From Acidobacteriota bacterium (GTDB lineage Bacteria > Acidobacteriota > JAAYUB01), in contig JAKQOW010000131.1 of the NCBI GenBank assembly GCA_029565065.1, positions 6,901 through 70,900 on the forward strand: a DNA stretch of 64,000 nucleotides, given 5' to 3'. Of this stretch, positions 28,387 through 38,313 are shown in pieces. Within the stretch, counting starts at the first letter, position 1. Every line of letters starts with the position of its first letter. Made by a program: the position numbers and the translations under genes. The notes under the pieces were generated by a model. That model was given only the letters and a program-made list of their open reading frames with translations. It was not told the DNA's origin and ran no database searches.

Positions 28387-29838
28387 ATGGATATGCAGAC
28401 GACGGTACTGTTGGTCATCGGCGTCCCGCTGCTCGGGTCGCTGCTGATCCCGCTGCTGGGCTGGTTCAAGCTGCCGAAGGTGACAGGCTACGTCTGCGTG
28501 GCGCTCATCGGCGCCGCCCACGTCCTGTCCTGGACGCTTCTCGGCCCCGCCCTGGGCGGGATCACCACCCACTGGAGCAAGCCGCTGTACGAATGGGCCA
28601 GCTTCAGCCTGACATTCGACGCGCTGGCCGCCTTCATGGCGTTCACCGCCTCCCTGATCGCCACGCTCATCGCCATCTACTCGCTGGGTTACATCGAGCA
28701 CGGCGAGGACGAGCCGGAGTACTATTTCGTCGTGACCCTCTTCCTGGGCGCGATGATGGGGCTGGTGTTCTCCTCCAACCTGTTGTTCCTCTACTTGTTC
28801 TGGGAGATCTCGGCGCTGGCCTGCTGGCGGTTGATCGGCTACTTCCGGGAGCCCGACTACATCTGGAAAGCCGACAAGGCGTTTCTGGTGACCTTCGGCG
28901 GCGCGGTGTTCATGCTGTTGGGATTCGCCCTGGTGTTCGCTCAGTACGGCACGTTCGAGCTCGCCGAGCTGCGCGGCCAGGAGATCGGACCGGTCGCCCT
29001 GCTCCTCATCCTGCTCGGCGTGTTCTCCAAGAGCGCCACGGTGCCGCTGCACACGTGGCTGCCCGATGCCGGCGTGGCGCCCTCCACCATCACCTCGCTG
29101 CTGCACGCCGCCATCCTCGTCAAGATCGGCCTGTACGGCTTTGCCCGCATGTTCGCCAACGGCATGGTGATCCCGCCGGCCTGGGAGACGGGCATCCTCA
29201 TCGCCGCCCTGGTCAGCGCGTTCGTGTCGGCCTGCGCAGCGCTGCGTGAAACCAACATCAAGCGCATGCTGGCCTACTCGACGGTGAGCCAGATCGGCTA
29301 CACGTTCCTGGGGCTGGCCGCGTTCACCCATTTCGGGTACATCGGCGCCCTGCTGTACATCATGGCCCACGGCCTCGCCAAGGGCGGCCTCTTCCTCTGC
29401 GCCGGCATCATCGAGCACGGCACTCACACCAAGGACATGACCAAGATGGGCGGGCTCATCCAGAAGATGCCCATCACGGCTTTCTGCTACATCGTCTGCG
29501 CCCTGAGCATCGCGGGCATCCCGCCCATGGCCGGGTTCTTCTCCAAGTACTTCGTCATCTCCGGCCTGGTCGAAGGCGGACACACCTACATTGCCGGCCT
29601 GGCGATCCTGACCGCGGTGGTCACGCTGCTGTACATGCTCAAGAGCTTCCACGTGATCTTCATGGGAGCGCCGCGCGGCGAGTCCCACCACGAGGGTTCG
29701 CCCGTGATGGTGGGCGTGGTGGCCGTGCTGGCGGTGCTCACCGTCATCGTGGGAGCCCTGATGCATCTGCCCTTCGAACTGGCCCGCGTGGCCGATGGGG
29801 AACGCCTGGTCCAGGTGTTCACCTTCCTGTGGAGGTAA
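28387..29838 (+). CDS. Hydrogenase membrane subunit, MrpD/NuoN/NuoM-like antiporter module (1 of 3)
   Basis: It has 14 TM helices and the conserved antiporter motifs (WLPDAG...; TxxxLLHAAxLVKxGxYG; AYSSxxQxGY). Confidence 0.85.
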   Translation: MDMQTTVLLVIGVPLLGSLLIPLLGWFKLPKVTGYVCVALIGAAHVLSWTLLGPALGGITTHWSKPLYEWASFSLTFDALAAFMAFTASLIATLIAIYSLGYIEHGEDEPEYYFVVTLFLGAMMGLVFSSNLLFLYLFWEISALACWRLIGYFREPDYIWKADKAFLVTFGGAVFMLLGFALVFAQYGTFELAELRGQEIGPVALLLILLGVFSKSATVPLHTWLPDAGVAPSTITSLLHAAILVKIGLYGFARMFANGMVIPPAWETGILIAALVSAFVSACAALRETNIKRMLAYSTVSQIGYTFLGLAAFTHFGYIGALLYIMAHGLAKGGLFLCAGIIEHGTHTKDMTKMGGLIQKMPITAFCYIVCALSIAGIPPMAGFFSKYFVISGLVEGGHTYIAGLAILTAVVTLLYMLKSFHVIFMGAPRGESHHEGSPVMVGVVAVLAVLTVIVGALMHLPFELARVADGERLVQVFTFLWR

Positions 29839-29841
29839 GCC

Positions 29842-31659
29842 ATGAACGCTGACGTCCTGTTGTTGCTACCCATCATCGTGCCCCTCGTCTGCGCCGGGCT
29901 GATCCTCCCCATCTTCCGCAAGCGGAGCGTGGCGATCGCCTGGCTCGCCCTGCTGGCCGTGGTGGTCTCCGCCGCGGCGTTCCTGCTGGTCGCCGGCGGA
30001 CCGGCGGTCCAGTTCGCCATCCCCTGGATGGAGCTGTTCCGGCTGGAGTTCAGCCTGACGGGCTGGAAGGCGTTTCTCCTCTTCTTCGTGTTCGCGTTCC
30101 AGTTGATGACCGCGGTGTACTGCCTGGGGGCGATCCGCCGGGTAGCCAAGCCGCTGCTGTTTCTCGCCTTCGTCCTGGTCGCCTTCGCCGCCGCCTGCGG
30201 CGTCATCCTGACCGACAACCTGCTGTTCCTGCTCATCGCCTGGGAGGTCTTCCTGGTGGCCCTCTACGCGGTGATCCACAGCTCCGGCGACGGGGCCGAG
30301 GGTGTGGCCATGAAGGCCCTGGTGATCGGCGGGAGCAGCGACTTCCTGATGATCCTCGGGCTGATGCTCTACTTCGCCGTCTCCGGCGGCATGGCCATGG
30401 ACGCCCACCTGCCGGTGGCGCAGAGCACCGCATCGTTCCTCTCCTTCCTGTTGCTGTTTCTCGGCGCCGGCGCCAAGGCGGGCATGTTCCCGTTCCATAC
30501 CTGGATCCCCGACGCGGCCGAGGTGATGCCCGCCGCCGGTTTCGCGGCCCTGCCGGCCTCGCTGGAAAAGGTGCTGGGGATCTACTTCCTGTTCATCGTG
30601 AGCTACCAGATGTTCGCGCTGAACGAGGCGGCCCGGATCGTGATGTACGCGTTCGGCCTGATCACGGTGTTCGTGTCCATCGTGCCGGCACTGGTGGAGG
30701 AGAACCTGCGCAAGGTGCTCGCCCTGACGGCGATCTCCCCCGTCGGCTTCATGGTCGCCGGGCTGGCCACGTCGGAAGTCGCCGGCATGGCCGGCGCCCT
30801 GCTGTACATGCTCACCCACGCCACCTACAAGTCCTGCATGTTCTTCGCCGTGGGCCAGTTTGAGGAGCACGCCGGCGGCGCCCGCCTGTCATCGCTGCAG
30901 GGGATCGCCCGGCTGCTGCCGTTGTCGGGCCTGGGCTTCCTGCTGGCGTTCACCGCCGCCGTCTCGCTGCCGCCCACCGGCGGCTTCATCGCCAAGGATT
31001 TGATCTTCGAAGGGGTGGTGGAGCGCGGCCATTACCTGGTGTTCCTCGCGCTGTGGATTGGAGCCATCCTGAACATGGCCGTATTCTGCAAGGTCATCGC
31101 CGTCCTGTGGGGACGCGGCGAGGACCGGCCGGTGCCCGCCGCGGCGACTCTGACGGCGCCGGTGCTGGTGCTGGGAATCGGCGCGGTGCTGACGGGCTGG
31201 ATCTTCACCCTGGCCGCGCCGGTGTTCGGGGCCGTCCTCCCCGTGGAGCACGCCGGCTGGATCGCCGCCGTGTGGCACCTCTCCCCGCTGACGGTGGCCT
31301 CCTACTCCATCTACCTGTTCGGCGCCCTGCTGTTCTTCGCCGCGCGCGCGCGCGCCGCGGAGCCCGCGGCGACCTTCGCCTCGCTCCGGCAGTCGCCGGT
31401 GCTGGGCCGCACACTGGAGCTGGCCCGCCAGAAGAAGTTCGACGGTTACGAGATCGGCGTGAAGGTGGTCAACTGGATCGCCGAGTTGGTCTTCCGTCGG
31501 TTCGAGCGGCTCATCGACGAGGTCGCCGACTGGATCATCCGGACCGGCCGCGCCTTCTCCGGCGCCCTGCTCAGCGCCCCGCACGACGGCACCTACAGCA
31601 CCTACCTGGGCTGGGTGATCGTGGGGTTGGCGATCGTAGCCGCTCTGATTTTTGTGTAA
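29842..31659 (+). CDS. Hydrogenase membrane subunit, NuoL/MrpA/MrpD-like antiporter module (2 of 3)
   Basis: The 605-aa polytopic protein has the TWIPDAAE motif and a C-terminal extension, resembling NuoL/HyfB-type subunits. Confidence 0.85.
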   Translation: MNADVLLLLPIIVPLVCAGLILPIFRKRSVAIAWLALLAVVVSAAAFLLVAGGPAVQFAIPWMELFRLEFSLTGWKAFLLFFVFAFQLMTAVYCLGAIRRVAKPLLFLAFVLVAFAAACGVILTDNLLFLLIAWEVFLVALYAVIHSSGDGAEGVAMKALVIGGSSDFLMILGLMLYFAVSGGMAMDAHLPVAQSTASFLSFLLLFLGAGAKAGMFPFHTWIPDAAEVMPAAGFAALPASLEKVLGIYFLFIVSYQMFALNEAARIVMYAFGLITVFVSIVPALVEENLRKVLALTAISPVGFMVAGLATSEVAGMAGALLYMLTHATYKSCMFFAVGQFEEHAGGARLSSLQGIARLLPLSGLGFLLAFTAAVSLPPTGGFIAKDLIFEGVVERGHYLVFLALWIGAILNMAVFCKVIAVLWGRGEDRPVPAAATLTAPVLVLGIGAVLTGWIFTLAAPVFGAVLPVEHAGWIAAVWHLSPLTVASYSIYLFGALLFFAARARAAEPAATFASLRQSPVLGRTLELARQKKFDGYEIGVKVVNWIAELVFRRFERLIDEVADWIIRTGRAFSGALLSAPHDGTYSTYLGWVIVGLAIVAALIFV

Positions 31660-31696
31660 GCCCGTCGACGGGAACGTAACGCCTCTGAGGTAGCTT

Positions 31697-33136
31697 ATGA
31701 TTACGAATATCGGATTGATGCTGCTGCTGCCGCTGGCCGCCGTCATCCTGATGCCGTGGGTGTCCCGGCTGCACCGGCGCGCCGCGGACGTCCTGGCCGC
31801 GCTGGCCGGCCTCGGCCTCGTCGGCCTGTGTTTGCGGTTCATCCCGCTGCGCGGGGAAACCCTGACGCTGCGGGTGCTGAACACGCAGTTCTCCGTGGAC
31901 GGCCTGAGCCTGCTGTTTCTCGTGGTGGTCAACGTCGTCGCGTTCTTCTGCATCCTCTACTCCATCGACTACATGAATCACTACGACGGCCGGGGCAAAT
32001 TCTACGCGCTGCTCCTGCTGATGGTGCTCGGCCTGAACGGCGTGCTGCTGGTGCGCGACCTGTTCAGCCTGTACGTGTACCTGGAGATCGTCTCCATCGC
32101 CTCCTACGTCCTGGTGGCGTTCGGCCTGAAGTGGGACGGCATCGAGTCGGCGCTCAAGTACCTGCTGCTGTCGGTAGTGGCCACGGGCCTGATCCTCGTC
32201 GGCCTGGGGATCATGTACCTGAACCTGGGCACGCTGGAATTCGCCGAGCTCAAGCTGCTGCTGGCCGCGGGGAGCGGGCCCAACACCGTCTTCCTGCTGG
32301 CGGCCGCGCTGTTCATCGCCGGCTTCGGGCTGAAGGCGGCGATCATGCCGTTCCACGCCTGGCTGCCCGACGCCCACCCGTCGGCGCCGGCGCCCATCTC
32401 GGCGATGCTGAGCGGCGTGGTGATCAAGGTGGCCGGCGTCTATGCCCTGACCCGGCTCTTCTTCGACATCTACCCGTCGCCGGCCCGGGTCCTGAACGTA
32501 TTCCTGATCCTGGGTGTCGCCTCGATGATCGGCGGCGCGCTGATCGCCTATTTCCAGAGCGACATCAAGCGGATGTTCGCCTACTCCAGCATCAGCCAGA
32601 TCGGCTACATCCTCATCGGCCTGGGCCTGGGCAACCCGCTGGGCCTGATCGGGGCGCTGTTCCATGTGCTCAATCACGCCCTGTTCAAGTCCCTGCTGTT
32701 CTTGAACAGCGGCGCCCTGCAGTACCGGACTCACACCCGCGATATGAACGAGATGGGCGGCCTGGAGCACCGGATGCGCGTCACCGGGATCACCAGCATC
32801 TTCGGAACGCTGTCGATCGCCGGAGTGCCACCGTTCAACGGGTTCTGGAGCAAGCTGTTCATCATCCTGGGCGCGCTGGCCGCCAAGCAGTACGTCGTGG
32901 CGGTGCTGGCCATTTTCCTGAGCGTCTTCACCCTGGGCTATTTCCTGCTCATGCAGCGACGGGTCTTCTTCGGCAAGCTCAACCTGAAGTGGCAGGATCT
33001 CAAAGAAGTGCCGCTGACCATGTCGCTGGCGATGATCTTCCTGGCGGCGCAGTGCCTGCTGGTGGGCATTTTCTTCAACGAGGTGCTCCGGTACCTGGTG
33101 GAACCCGCGGCTGCCATTCTGCTGGGAGGGAAGTGA
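31697..33136 (+). CDS. Hydrogenase membrane subunit, MrpD/NuoN-like antiporter module (3 of 3)
   Basis: It has 14 TM helices and the motifs AWLPDAHP, AMLSGVVIKVAGVY and AYSSISQIGY. Confidence 0.85.
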   Translation: MITNIGLMLLLPLAAVILMPWVSRLHRRAADVLAALAGLGLVGLCLRFIPLRGETLTLRVLNTQFSVDGLSLLFLVVVNVVAFFCILYSIDYMNHYDGRGKFYALLLLMVLGLNGVLLVRDLFSLYVYLEIVSIASYVLVAFGLKWDGIESALKYLLLSVVATGLILVGLGIMYLNLGTLEFAELKLLLAAGSGPNTVFLLAAALFIAGFGLKAAIMPFHAWLPDAHPSAPAPISAMLSGVVIKVAGVYALTRLFFDIYPSPARVLNVFLILGVASMIGGALIAYFQSDIKRMFAYSSISQIGYILIGLGLGNPLGLIGALFHVLNHALFKSLLFLNSGALQYRTHTRDMNEMGGLEHRMRVTGITSIFGTLSIAGVPPFNGFWSKLFIILGALAAKQYVVAVLAIFLSVFTLGYFLLMQRRVFFGKLNLKWQDLKEVPLTMSLAMIFLAAQCLLVGIFFNEVLRYLVEPAAAILLGGK

Positions 33137-33137
33137 C

Positions 33138-33632
33138 ATGCTGCTCTACGCTTCACTCGTCTTGCTGGTCATCTTTGCCATCCTGGTCTGCTTCTTCCGG
33201 GATCTGCTGTACGCGGCCGTGTCGCTGGCGCTGGCGAGCGTGATGCTGTCGGTGGTGCTGTTCCAGTACGGAGCCAACATCGCCGCGGTGTTCGAGCTCA
33301 GCGTCTGCGCCGGACTGATCACGGTGCTGTTCGTCTCCACGGTGAGCATGACGAAGGACTCGGACCAGGCGAACGAATCCCGACTGCCGGCCTACTTCCT
33401 TCCCTTCATCCTGGTGCTCTTCCTGGGCCTGGACTTTTTCCTGGTGAAGTGGCTGGCGGGCTCGACCCTCGTGGGCGCCGGCTTTCCGGCGACTCCCGGC
33501 CTGACCTTTCAGAACGCGTTCTGGGGACAGCGCATGACCGATATCGTCGGCCAGGTGAGCCTGATTCTGGTGGGCGTGTTCGGCATCCTAACCATCATGC
33601 GGGCGTTGTCCGAGAGGAGGAAACATGACTGA
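33138..33632 (+). CDS. Small polytopic membrane subunit, MrpB/MnhB-like
   Basis: The 164-aa product has 4-5 TM helices. It is translationally coupled within the operon, in the position typical of Mbh/Mrp B-like subunits. Confidence 0.6.
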   Translation: MLLYASLVLLVIFAILVCFFRDLLYAAVSLALASVMLSVVLFQYGANIAAVFELSVCAGLITVLFVSTVSMTKDSDQANESRLPAYFLPFILVLFLGLDFFLVKWLAGSTLVGAGFPATPGLTFQNAFWGQRMTDIVGQVSLILVGVFGILTIMRALSERRKHD

Positions 33633-33933
33633 GGACGTCATCCTGCTGCTGCTCAGCGGCCTGCTGCTGTTCATGGTGGGCGTATATTTGATGTTCGCCT
33701 ATCGCAATCTGCTCCGGATCATCCTCGGCGTCGAGGTCATGGCCAAGGGCGTCACGCTGGTCCTTCTGGCTGCGGGCGTCTTTCGGGGCAGCGTGGAATA
33801 CATCCAGGCCCTGATCGTGACCTTCATCATCGTCGAGACCATCCTGGCCGCGGTGGTGCTGGCGCTCACCTTTGTCGCCCAGCGGATTTACAACTCCCTC
33901 GACATCCGCAATCTGTCGAAGTTGAAGGGGTAA
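33625..33933 (+). CDS. NuoK/MrpC-like membrane subunit
   Basis: The 102-aa product has 3 TM helices and a conserved Glu in TM (GVEVMAKG...IIVETI), as in NuoK/MnhC. Confidence 0.7.
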   Translation: MTEDVILLLLSGLLLFMVGVYLMFAYRNLLRIILGVEVMAKGVTLVLLAAGVFRGSVEYIQALIVTFIIVETILAAVVLALTFVAQRIYNSLDIRNLSKLKG

Positions 33934-33937
33934 TGCC

Positions 33938-34270
33938 ATGGACCTGAACATTCTGCTCTCTCCGCCGGTCGCGTTTGTCACCTTCCTGGGACTCAGCGCC
34001 CTGCTGTACCTGGTGGGCCGGTTGATCGGCGCCCGGCCGAATCCGGAGCCGGGCAAGGCCGAAACCTACGCCTGCGGTGAGAATTTCCACCCCGACAAAT
34101 TCACCTTTGCGTACCGCCGCTTCTTCATTGCGGCGATCTTCTTCACCGTCATGCACGTGGCCGTGCTCACCATCGCCACGGTGCCGGGTGGCGCGCTGGC
34201 CTTCCGGGCGTTGGGCTACCTGGCGGTGATCGCGCTGTCGGTATCCATCCTGTTCGTGGATTTTGACTAG
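33938..34270 (+). CDS. NuoA-like membrane subunit
   Basis: The 110-aa product has 3 TM helices and the YACGE motif characteristic of NuoA-type subunits. Confidence 0.6.
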   Translation: MDLNILLSPPVAFVTFLGLSALLYLVGRLIGARPNPEPGKAETYACGENFHPDKFTFAYRRFFIAAIFFTVMHVAVLTIATVPGGALAFRALGYLAVIALSVSILFVDFD

Positions 34271-34291
34271 ACTTCTGCAAGGAGTGCTGCC

Positions 34292-34726
34292 GTGTTCAAG
34301 AAACTGGTGAAGTGGGCCCGGGTCAAGTCCCCGTGGATCCTGCATTTCAACTCCGGGGCGTGCAACGCCTGCGATATCGAAATTTTGGCGTCGCTGATGC
34401 CCCATTACGATCTGGAGCGGTTCGGCGTCATGCTCAAGGCGTCACCCCGCCACGCGGATGTGCTGATCTGCAGCGGCCCGGTCTCCAAGCAGATCGCCCC
34501 GCGGCTGCGGCGGATCTACGAGCAGATGCCGGATCCCAAGTTTGTCGTCGCGGTGGGTGCTTGCGCATGCAGTGGCGGCGCGTTCCGGGGATGTTATAAT
34601 GTAATGGGCGGTATAGATTCTGTAGTGCCGGTCGCCGCCTATGTTCCGGGTTGCCCGGTCAAGCCGGAAGCGCTCATCGACGGCGTGGCCAAACTGTTGG
34701 GCGAACTGAACAAAGAGTCGGCCTGA
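34292..34726 (+). CDS. [NiFe]-hydrogenase group 4 small subunit (NuoB-like, proximal 4Fe-4S)
   Basis: The four Cys ligands are in the conserved pattern NSGACNACD...CSGP...GACACSGG...VPGCP. Confidence 0.9.
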   Translation: MFKKLVKWARVKSPWILHFNSGACNACDIEILASLMPHYDLERFGVMLKASPRHADVLICSGPVSKQIAPRLRRIYEQMPDPKFVVAVGACACSGGAFRGCYNVMGGIDSVVPVAAYVPGCPVKPEALIDGVAKLLGELNKESA

Positions 34727-34741
34727 GGGCAGGAGGAAACC

Positions 34742-35206
34742 ATGAAATTCGATTATGAAAAGGAGCTGCAGACGCTCTTTCCCGCGGGTGAGGCGCGCAA
34801 GACCGCCGAGCGGCGGTACTGGGTCAACGTGCCCCCGGGGGAGCTGCACGACGCCGTCCGCACGTTGCGCGGCAAGCTGGGCATCGTGCATCTGTCCACC
34901 ATCGTGGGCGAGGATCTGCGCGACGCGTTCCTGAACAGCTATATTTTTTCCGGCGAAGTGGTGGTGACGATCTGCGTGCGCATTGACCGGGACAAGCCGG
35001 AAGTCCCCTCGCTGGCACCCGTTGTCGACGGCGCCATGGTCTACGAGCGGGAAATCCATGACCTGCTGGGGATCGTCCCCGTGGGGCACCCCGACCTCCG
35101 CCGGCAGATCCTGCCGGAGGACTGGCCGGAGGGCGTGTACCCGCTGCGCAAGGATTACGTCGTCGCCCAGGGACCGACCGAGACTGAAAAGAAGGAGGAG
35201 GCTTAA
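34742..35206 (+). CDS. Hydrogenase NuoC-like (30 kDa) subunit
   Basis: It has NuoC fold motifs (...VYEREIHDLLGI..., ...PLRKDY...). It sits between the small and large subunits. Confidence 0.85.
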   Translation: MKFDYEKELQTLFPAGEARKTAERRYWVNVPPGELHDAVRTLRGKLGIVHLSTIVGEDLRDAFLNSYIFSGEVVVTICVRIDRDKPEVPSLAPVVDGAMVYEREIHDLLGIVPVGHPDLRRQILPEDWPEGVYPLRKDYVVAQGPTETEKKEEA

Positions 35207-35207
35207 C

Positions 35208-36407
35208 ATGGCTGAAAGCACCATCAAGATCCCCGTCGGCCCTCAGCACCCGTTCCTCAAGGAGCCGTGCAAATTCGAATTCGAGATCAGCGGTGAGGAG
35301 ATCCGGGGCGCCAAGATCCGGATGGGCTACAACCACCGTGGCATGGAAAAGGCGTGCGAAGACCGCAACTATTACCAGTGTCTGTACCTGTTGGAGCGCA
35401 TCTGCGGCATCTGCTCCCATTCGCACACGACGGCCTACATCCAGGCGGTGGAGAGCCTCCTTGGACTCGAGCTCCCCAAGCGCGGCCTGTACCTGCGGAC
35501 GCTGGTCTGCGAACTGGAACGGCTCCACAGCCACCTGCTGTGGCTGGGGGTGGCGGCCCACGAGGTGGGCTTCGACACTCTGTTCATGTACACCTGGCGC
35601 GACCGCGAGCTGGTGATGAACATCCTCGAGGAGATCAGCGGCAACCGGGTCAACTACGCGATCAACACCGTCGGCGGCGTGCGGCGTGACATCACCGCGG
35701 AGCAGCGCAAGAAGATCCTCGACTTGACCAAGGTGGTGCGGGAGCGGGTGGCTTATTACGCGAACATCGGCACCAACGAGCCCAGCTTCATGGCCCGGAT
35801 CCAGGGCGTGGGCAAGATGAGCACGGAGCGGGCCATTGAAAAATGCGCCGTCGGCCCCTTCGCCCGGGCCAGCAATGTGGACCGGGACGTGCGGCGGGAC
35901 GATCCGTACGCCGCGTACGGGGACCTGGAGTTCAAGGTCATCACGTCGGACAGCTGCGACATTCTTGGCCGGGTGGTCGTCCGGGTGCTGGAGATGGTGG
36001 AATCCTGCAAGATGATCGACCAGTTGCTCGACAAGTTGCCGGAAGGCGAGATCGCCGTCCAGAAGGTGCCGCGGCGCGTGCCGGCCGGAGCCGCCGTCAG
36101 CCGCTACGAGGCGCCGCGCGGCGAGGACGTCCACTACGTCAGGTCCAACGGCACCGACAAGCCCGAGCGGGTCAAGGTGCGCGCGCCCACGCTGTGCAAC
36201 CTCGAGGCGGCGGCTGAATCGGTGGTGGGCTCCTATGTCGCCGACATCCCCATCGCCATCGCCTCCATTGATCCGTGCTTCTCCTGCACCGACCGCACGA
36301 CGGTCCTGCTGAACGACCGCCGGCGCGGCGTCCGGATGGCCACTTGGGAAGAGCTGCGGCGCCACGGCGTGGACTGGTACCGCCAGAACAAGGGAATTCG
36401 CTTCTAG
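35208..36407 (+). CDS. [NiFe]-hydrogenase group 4 large subunit (NuoD-like, Ni-Fe ligating Cys retained)
   Basis: The N-terminal L1 motif RICGICSHSH (CxxC) and the C-terminal L2 motif DPCFSCTDR are present. Both Cys pairs are retained, unlike true NuoD. It has an AGGAGG RBS. Confidence 0.9.
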   Translation: MAESTIKIPVGPQHPFLKEPCKFEFEISGEEIRGAKIRMGYNHRGMEKACEDRNYYQCLYLLERICGICSHSHTTAYIQAVESLLGLELPKRGLYLRTLVCELERLHSHLLWLGVAAHEVGFDTLFMYTWRDRELVMNILEEISGNRVNYAINTVGGVRRDITAEQRKKILDLTKVVRERVAYYANIGTNEPSFMARIQGVGKMSTERAIEKCAVGPFARASNVDRDVRRDDPYAAYGDLEFKVITSDSCDILGRVVVRVLEMVESCKMIDQLLDKLPEGEIAVQKVPRRVPAGAAVSRYEAPRGEDVHYVRSNGTDKPERVKVRAPTLCNLEAAAESVVGSYVADIPIAIASIDPCFSCTDRTTVLLNDRRRGVRMATWEELRRHGVDWYRQNKGIRF

Positions 36408-36419
36408 CAGAGGGAGTGT

Positions 36420-37388
36420 ATGGAAACCGTCAAGGTGATGCTGTATGTCCTGGTCTTTCCAGGATTCCTGTTCCAGATGATCTATTCAACCTATCTGGAA
36501 TGGGTGGACCGGAAGCTGTATGCCCGCATGCAGAACCGGCGCGGGCCCCTCTACACCGGCTGGAGCGGCGTGCTGCAGCCGGTGGCGGACATCGTCAAGC
36601 TGTTCGCCAAGGAGGATGTCACGCCGGCCGCTTCCGACAAGTTCATGTTCAACATCTTGCCGCTGGTGGCCCTGGCCTCGGCATGCACCGCAGGCCTCTA
36701 CCTGCCCGTATGGCACCTGACCGGGTACAATTCGTTCCAGGGCGACCTGATCGTGATGGTCTACCTGCTGGCCATGCCCTCGTTCGTGCTGTTCCTGGCC
36801 GGCTGGTTCTCCGTGAGCCCGTTCAGCCTCATTGGCGCCACCCGCGTGCTCACCCAGCTGTTCGCCTACGAGGTGCCGTTCTTCCTGGCCCTGCTGACCC
36901 CGGCGGTCGTGGCCGGCAGCTGGAAGATCGCCGATATCGCCAAGTACCCCTGGGCGAGCGGCAACTGGTGGGTGATCCCCCTGCAGGTGCTGGCGTTCAT
37001 CGTCGCCGTGCTGGCGCTGCAGGCCAAGCTGGAACGCGTGCCGTTCGACATCCCCGAGGCCGAGACCGAGGTGGTCGCCGGGCCGCTCACCGAGTACAGC
37101 GGCAAGAAACTGGCGGTGTTCCGGATCCAGAAAGACATTTCCATGTACGCCGGCTCCGCCCTGATCGCCGCGCTCTTTCTGGGCGGCTTCGGCGGCGGCC
37201 TGTACTTGGGCGCGCTCCAACTGGTGCTCAAAACCCTGCTGGTGGTGGCTCTGCTGAGCGTGATCCGGGGCGCCTGCGCCCGCATCCGCATCGACCAGAT
37301 CGTGTCCTTCAGCTGGCGTTACCTGGCGCCCATGAGCATCGTCCAATTCCTGATCGTGCTGCTGCTGAAGGGCGGAGGAGTGATCTAG
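36420..37388 (+). CDS. Hydrogenase membrane subunit NuoH-like (EchB/HyfC/MbhM-like)
   Basis: It has 8 TM helices and a conserved NuoH N-terminal pattern (...ERKLLARMQNRRGP..., here DRKLYARMQNRRGP). Confidence 0.9.
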   Translation: METVKVMLYVLVFPGFLFQMIYSTYLEWVDRKLYARMQNRRGPLYTGWSGVLQPVADIVKLFAKEDVTPAASDKFMFNILPLVALASACTAGLYLPVWHLTGYNSFQGDLIVMVYLLAMPSFVLFLAGWFSVSPFSLIGATRVLTQLFAYEVPFFLALLTPAVVAGSWKIADIAKYPWASGNWWVIPLQVLAFIVAVLALQAKLERVPFDIPEAETEVVAGPLTEYSGKKLAVFRIQKDISMYAGSALIAALFLGGFGGGLYLGALQLVLKTLLVVALLSVIRGACARIRIDQIVSFSWRYLAPMSIVQFLIVLLLKGGGVI

Positions 37389-37390
37389 CC

Positions 37391-37786
37391 ATGAAGAAAG
37401 TCGGACTGCTGTTGCCTGAAATGATGAGCCACCTGGCCCACAAGCCGGTTACCCGCCTCTATCCGTTCGAGAAGGTGACCGCGCCCGAGGGCTTTCGCGG
37501 CACGCCCCGGTTCAAGCCGAACAACTGCATCGGCTGCAAGGCCTGCGTTCGCGATTGCACCGCCGAAGCCATCGAGATCGACGTCCACAAAATTGATCCG
37601 CCCCCCGGCTCGCCCGAGGGGACCAAGCCGACGAAGAAGATGGTCTGCACCATCTACCTCGATCGCTGCGTGCACTGCGCCCGCTGCGTCGAAGTCTGCC
37701 CCAAGGACGCCCTGTACATGGACACGGAGTTCGAGGTGGCCAACTTCACCCGCGACGCGCTGAAAATCGTGCAGGAATCGGATTGA
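37391..37786 (+). CDS. 2x[4Fe-4S] ferredoxin subunit NuoI-like (EchF/MbhN-like)
   Basis: It has two CxxCxxCxxxCP motifs (CIGCKACVRDCTAEA ; CVHCARCVEVCP). Confidence 0.9.
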   Translation: MKKVGLLLPEMMSHLAHKPVTRLYPFEKVTAPEGFRGTPRFKPNNCIGCKACVRDCTAEAIEIDVHKIDPPPGSPEGTKPTKKMVCTIYLDRCVHCARCVEVCPKDALYMDTEFEVANFTRDALKIVQESD

Positions 37787-38313
37787 TGGACCGTCCGGCG
37801 GACCGCCTGCGCGCCCTGCTGGACGCGGCGCGCCGGGCAGACCGGAAAGTGGTTGTGTTGGGAATTGGGAACGAGCTCCTGGGCGACGACGCCGTCGGCG
37901 ATCGCGTCGCCCGGGAGCTCGCGCCGTTTAACGACCACCGTTTTGAGGCTATCCCCGCCGGCAACGCACCCGAGAACGGCGCCTACATGGTCAGTCGGGC
38001 CGCCCCCGATGTGCTGATCATCATCGACGCGGCCGGGCCGGCCGGCGGAGCAGGGGAAGGCTCCGACAGCGCCGCGCCGTGGGATTTCTATCCTGCCGAT
38101 TCACTCGACACGTTCTGCCATTCCACCCATTCGGTGCCCCTGAGCATGCTCGTGAGCGTCTGGCGGCAGGAGCGGCCGCATCTCGATGTGCGGTTCATTG
38201 GCATCGCCATCCGCGAGACTTCGTTCCTGGCGCCGCTGTCCTCGTCGGTGGACGCCATCCGCGCCGAGATCGTGGGAGTGTTCCGGTCGGCGGTGGGGGA
38301 TGGTAAACAGTGA
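37786..38313 (+). CDS. hycI: Hydrogenase maturation endopeptidase (HycI/HybD family)
   Basis: The motif VVLGIGNELLGDDAVG is present with a downstream conserved His (HSTHS). Its ATG overlaps the NuoI-like stop. It is the last gene of the hydrogenase operon. Confidence 0.85.
   Translation: MDRPADRLRALLDAARRADRKVVVLGIGNELLGDDAVGDRVARELAPFNDHRFEAIPAGNAPENGAYMVSRAAPDVLIIIDAAGPAGGAGEGSDSAAPWDFYPADSLDTFCHSTHSVPLSMLVSVWRQERPHLDVRFIGIAIRETSFLAPLSSSVDAIRAEIVGVFRSAVGDGKQ

Noticed and set aside
28312-29766. 484-aa ORF on the minus strand opposite the first hydrogenase antiporter gene
   Set aside because: It is antisense to a gene with clear antiporter motifs. The His/Arg/Gly-rich translation is typical of a high-GC shadow ORF.
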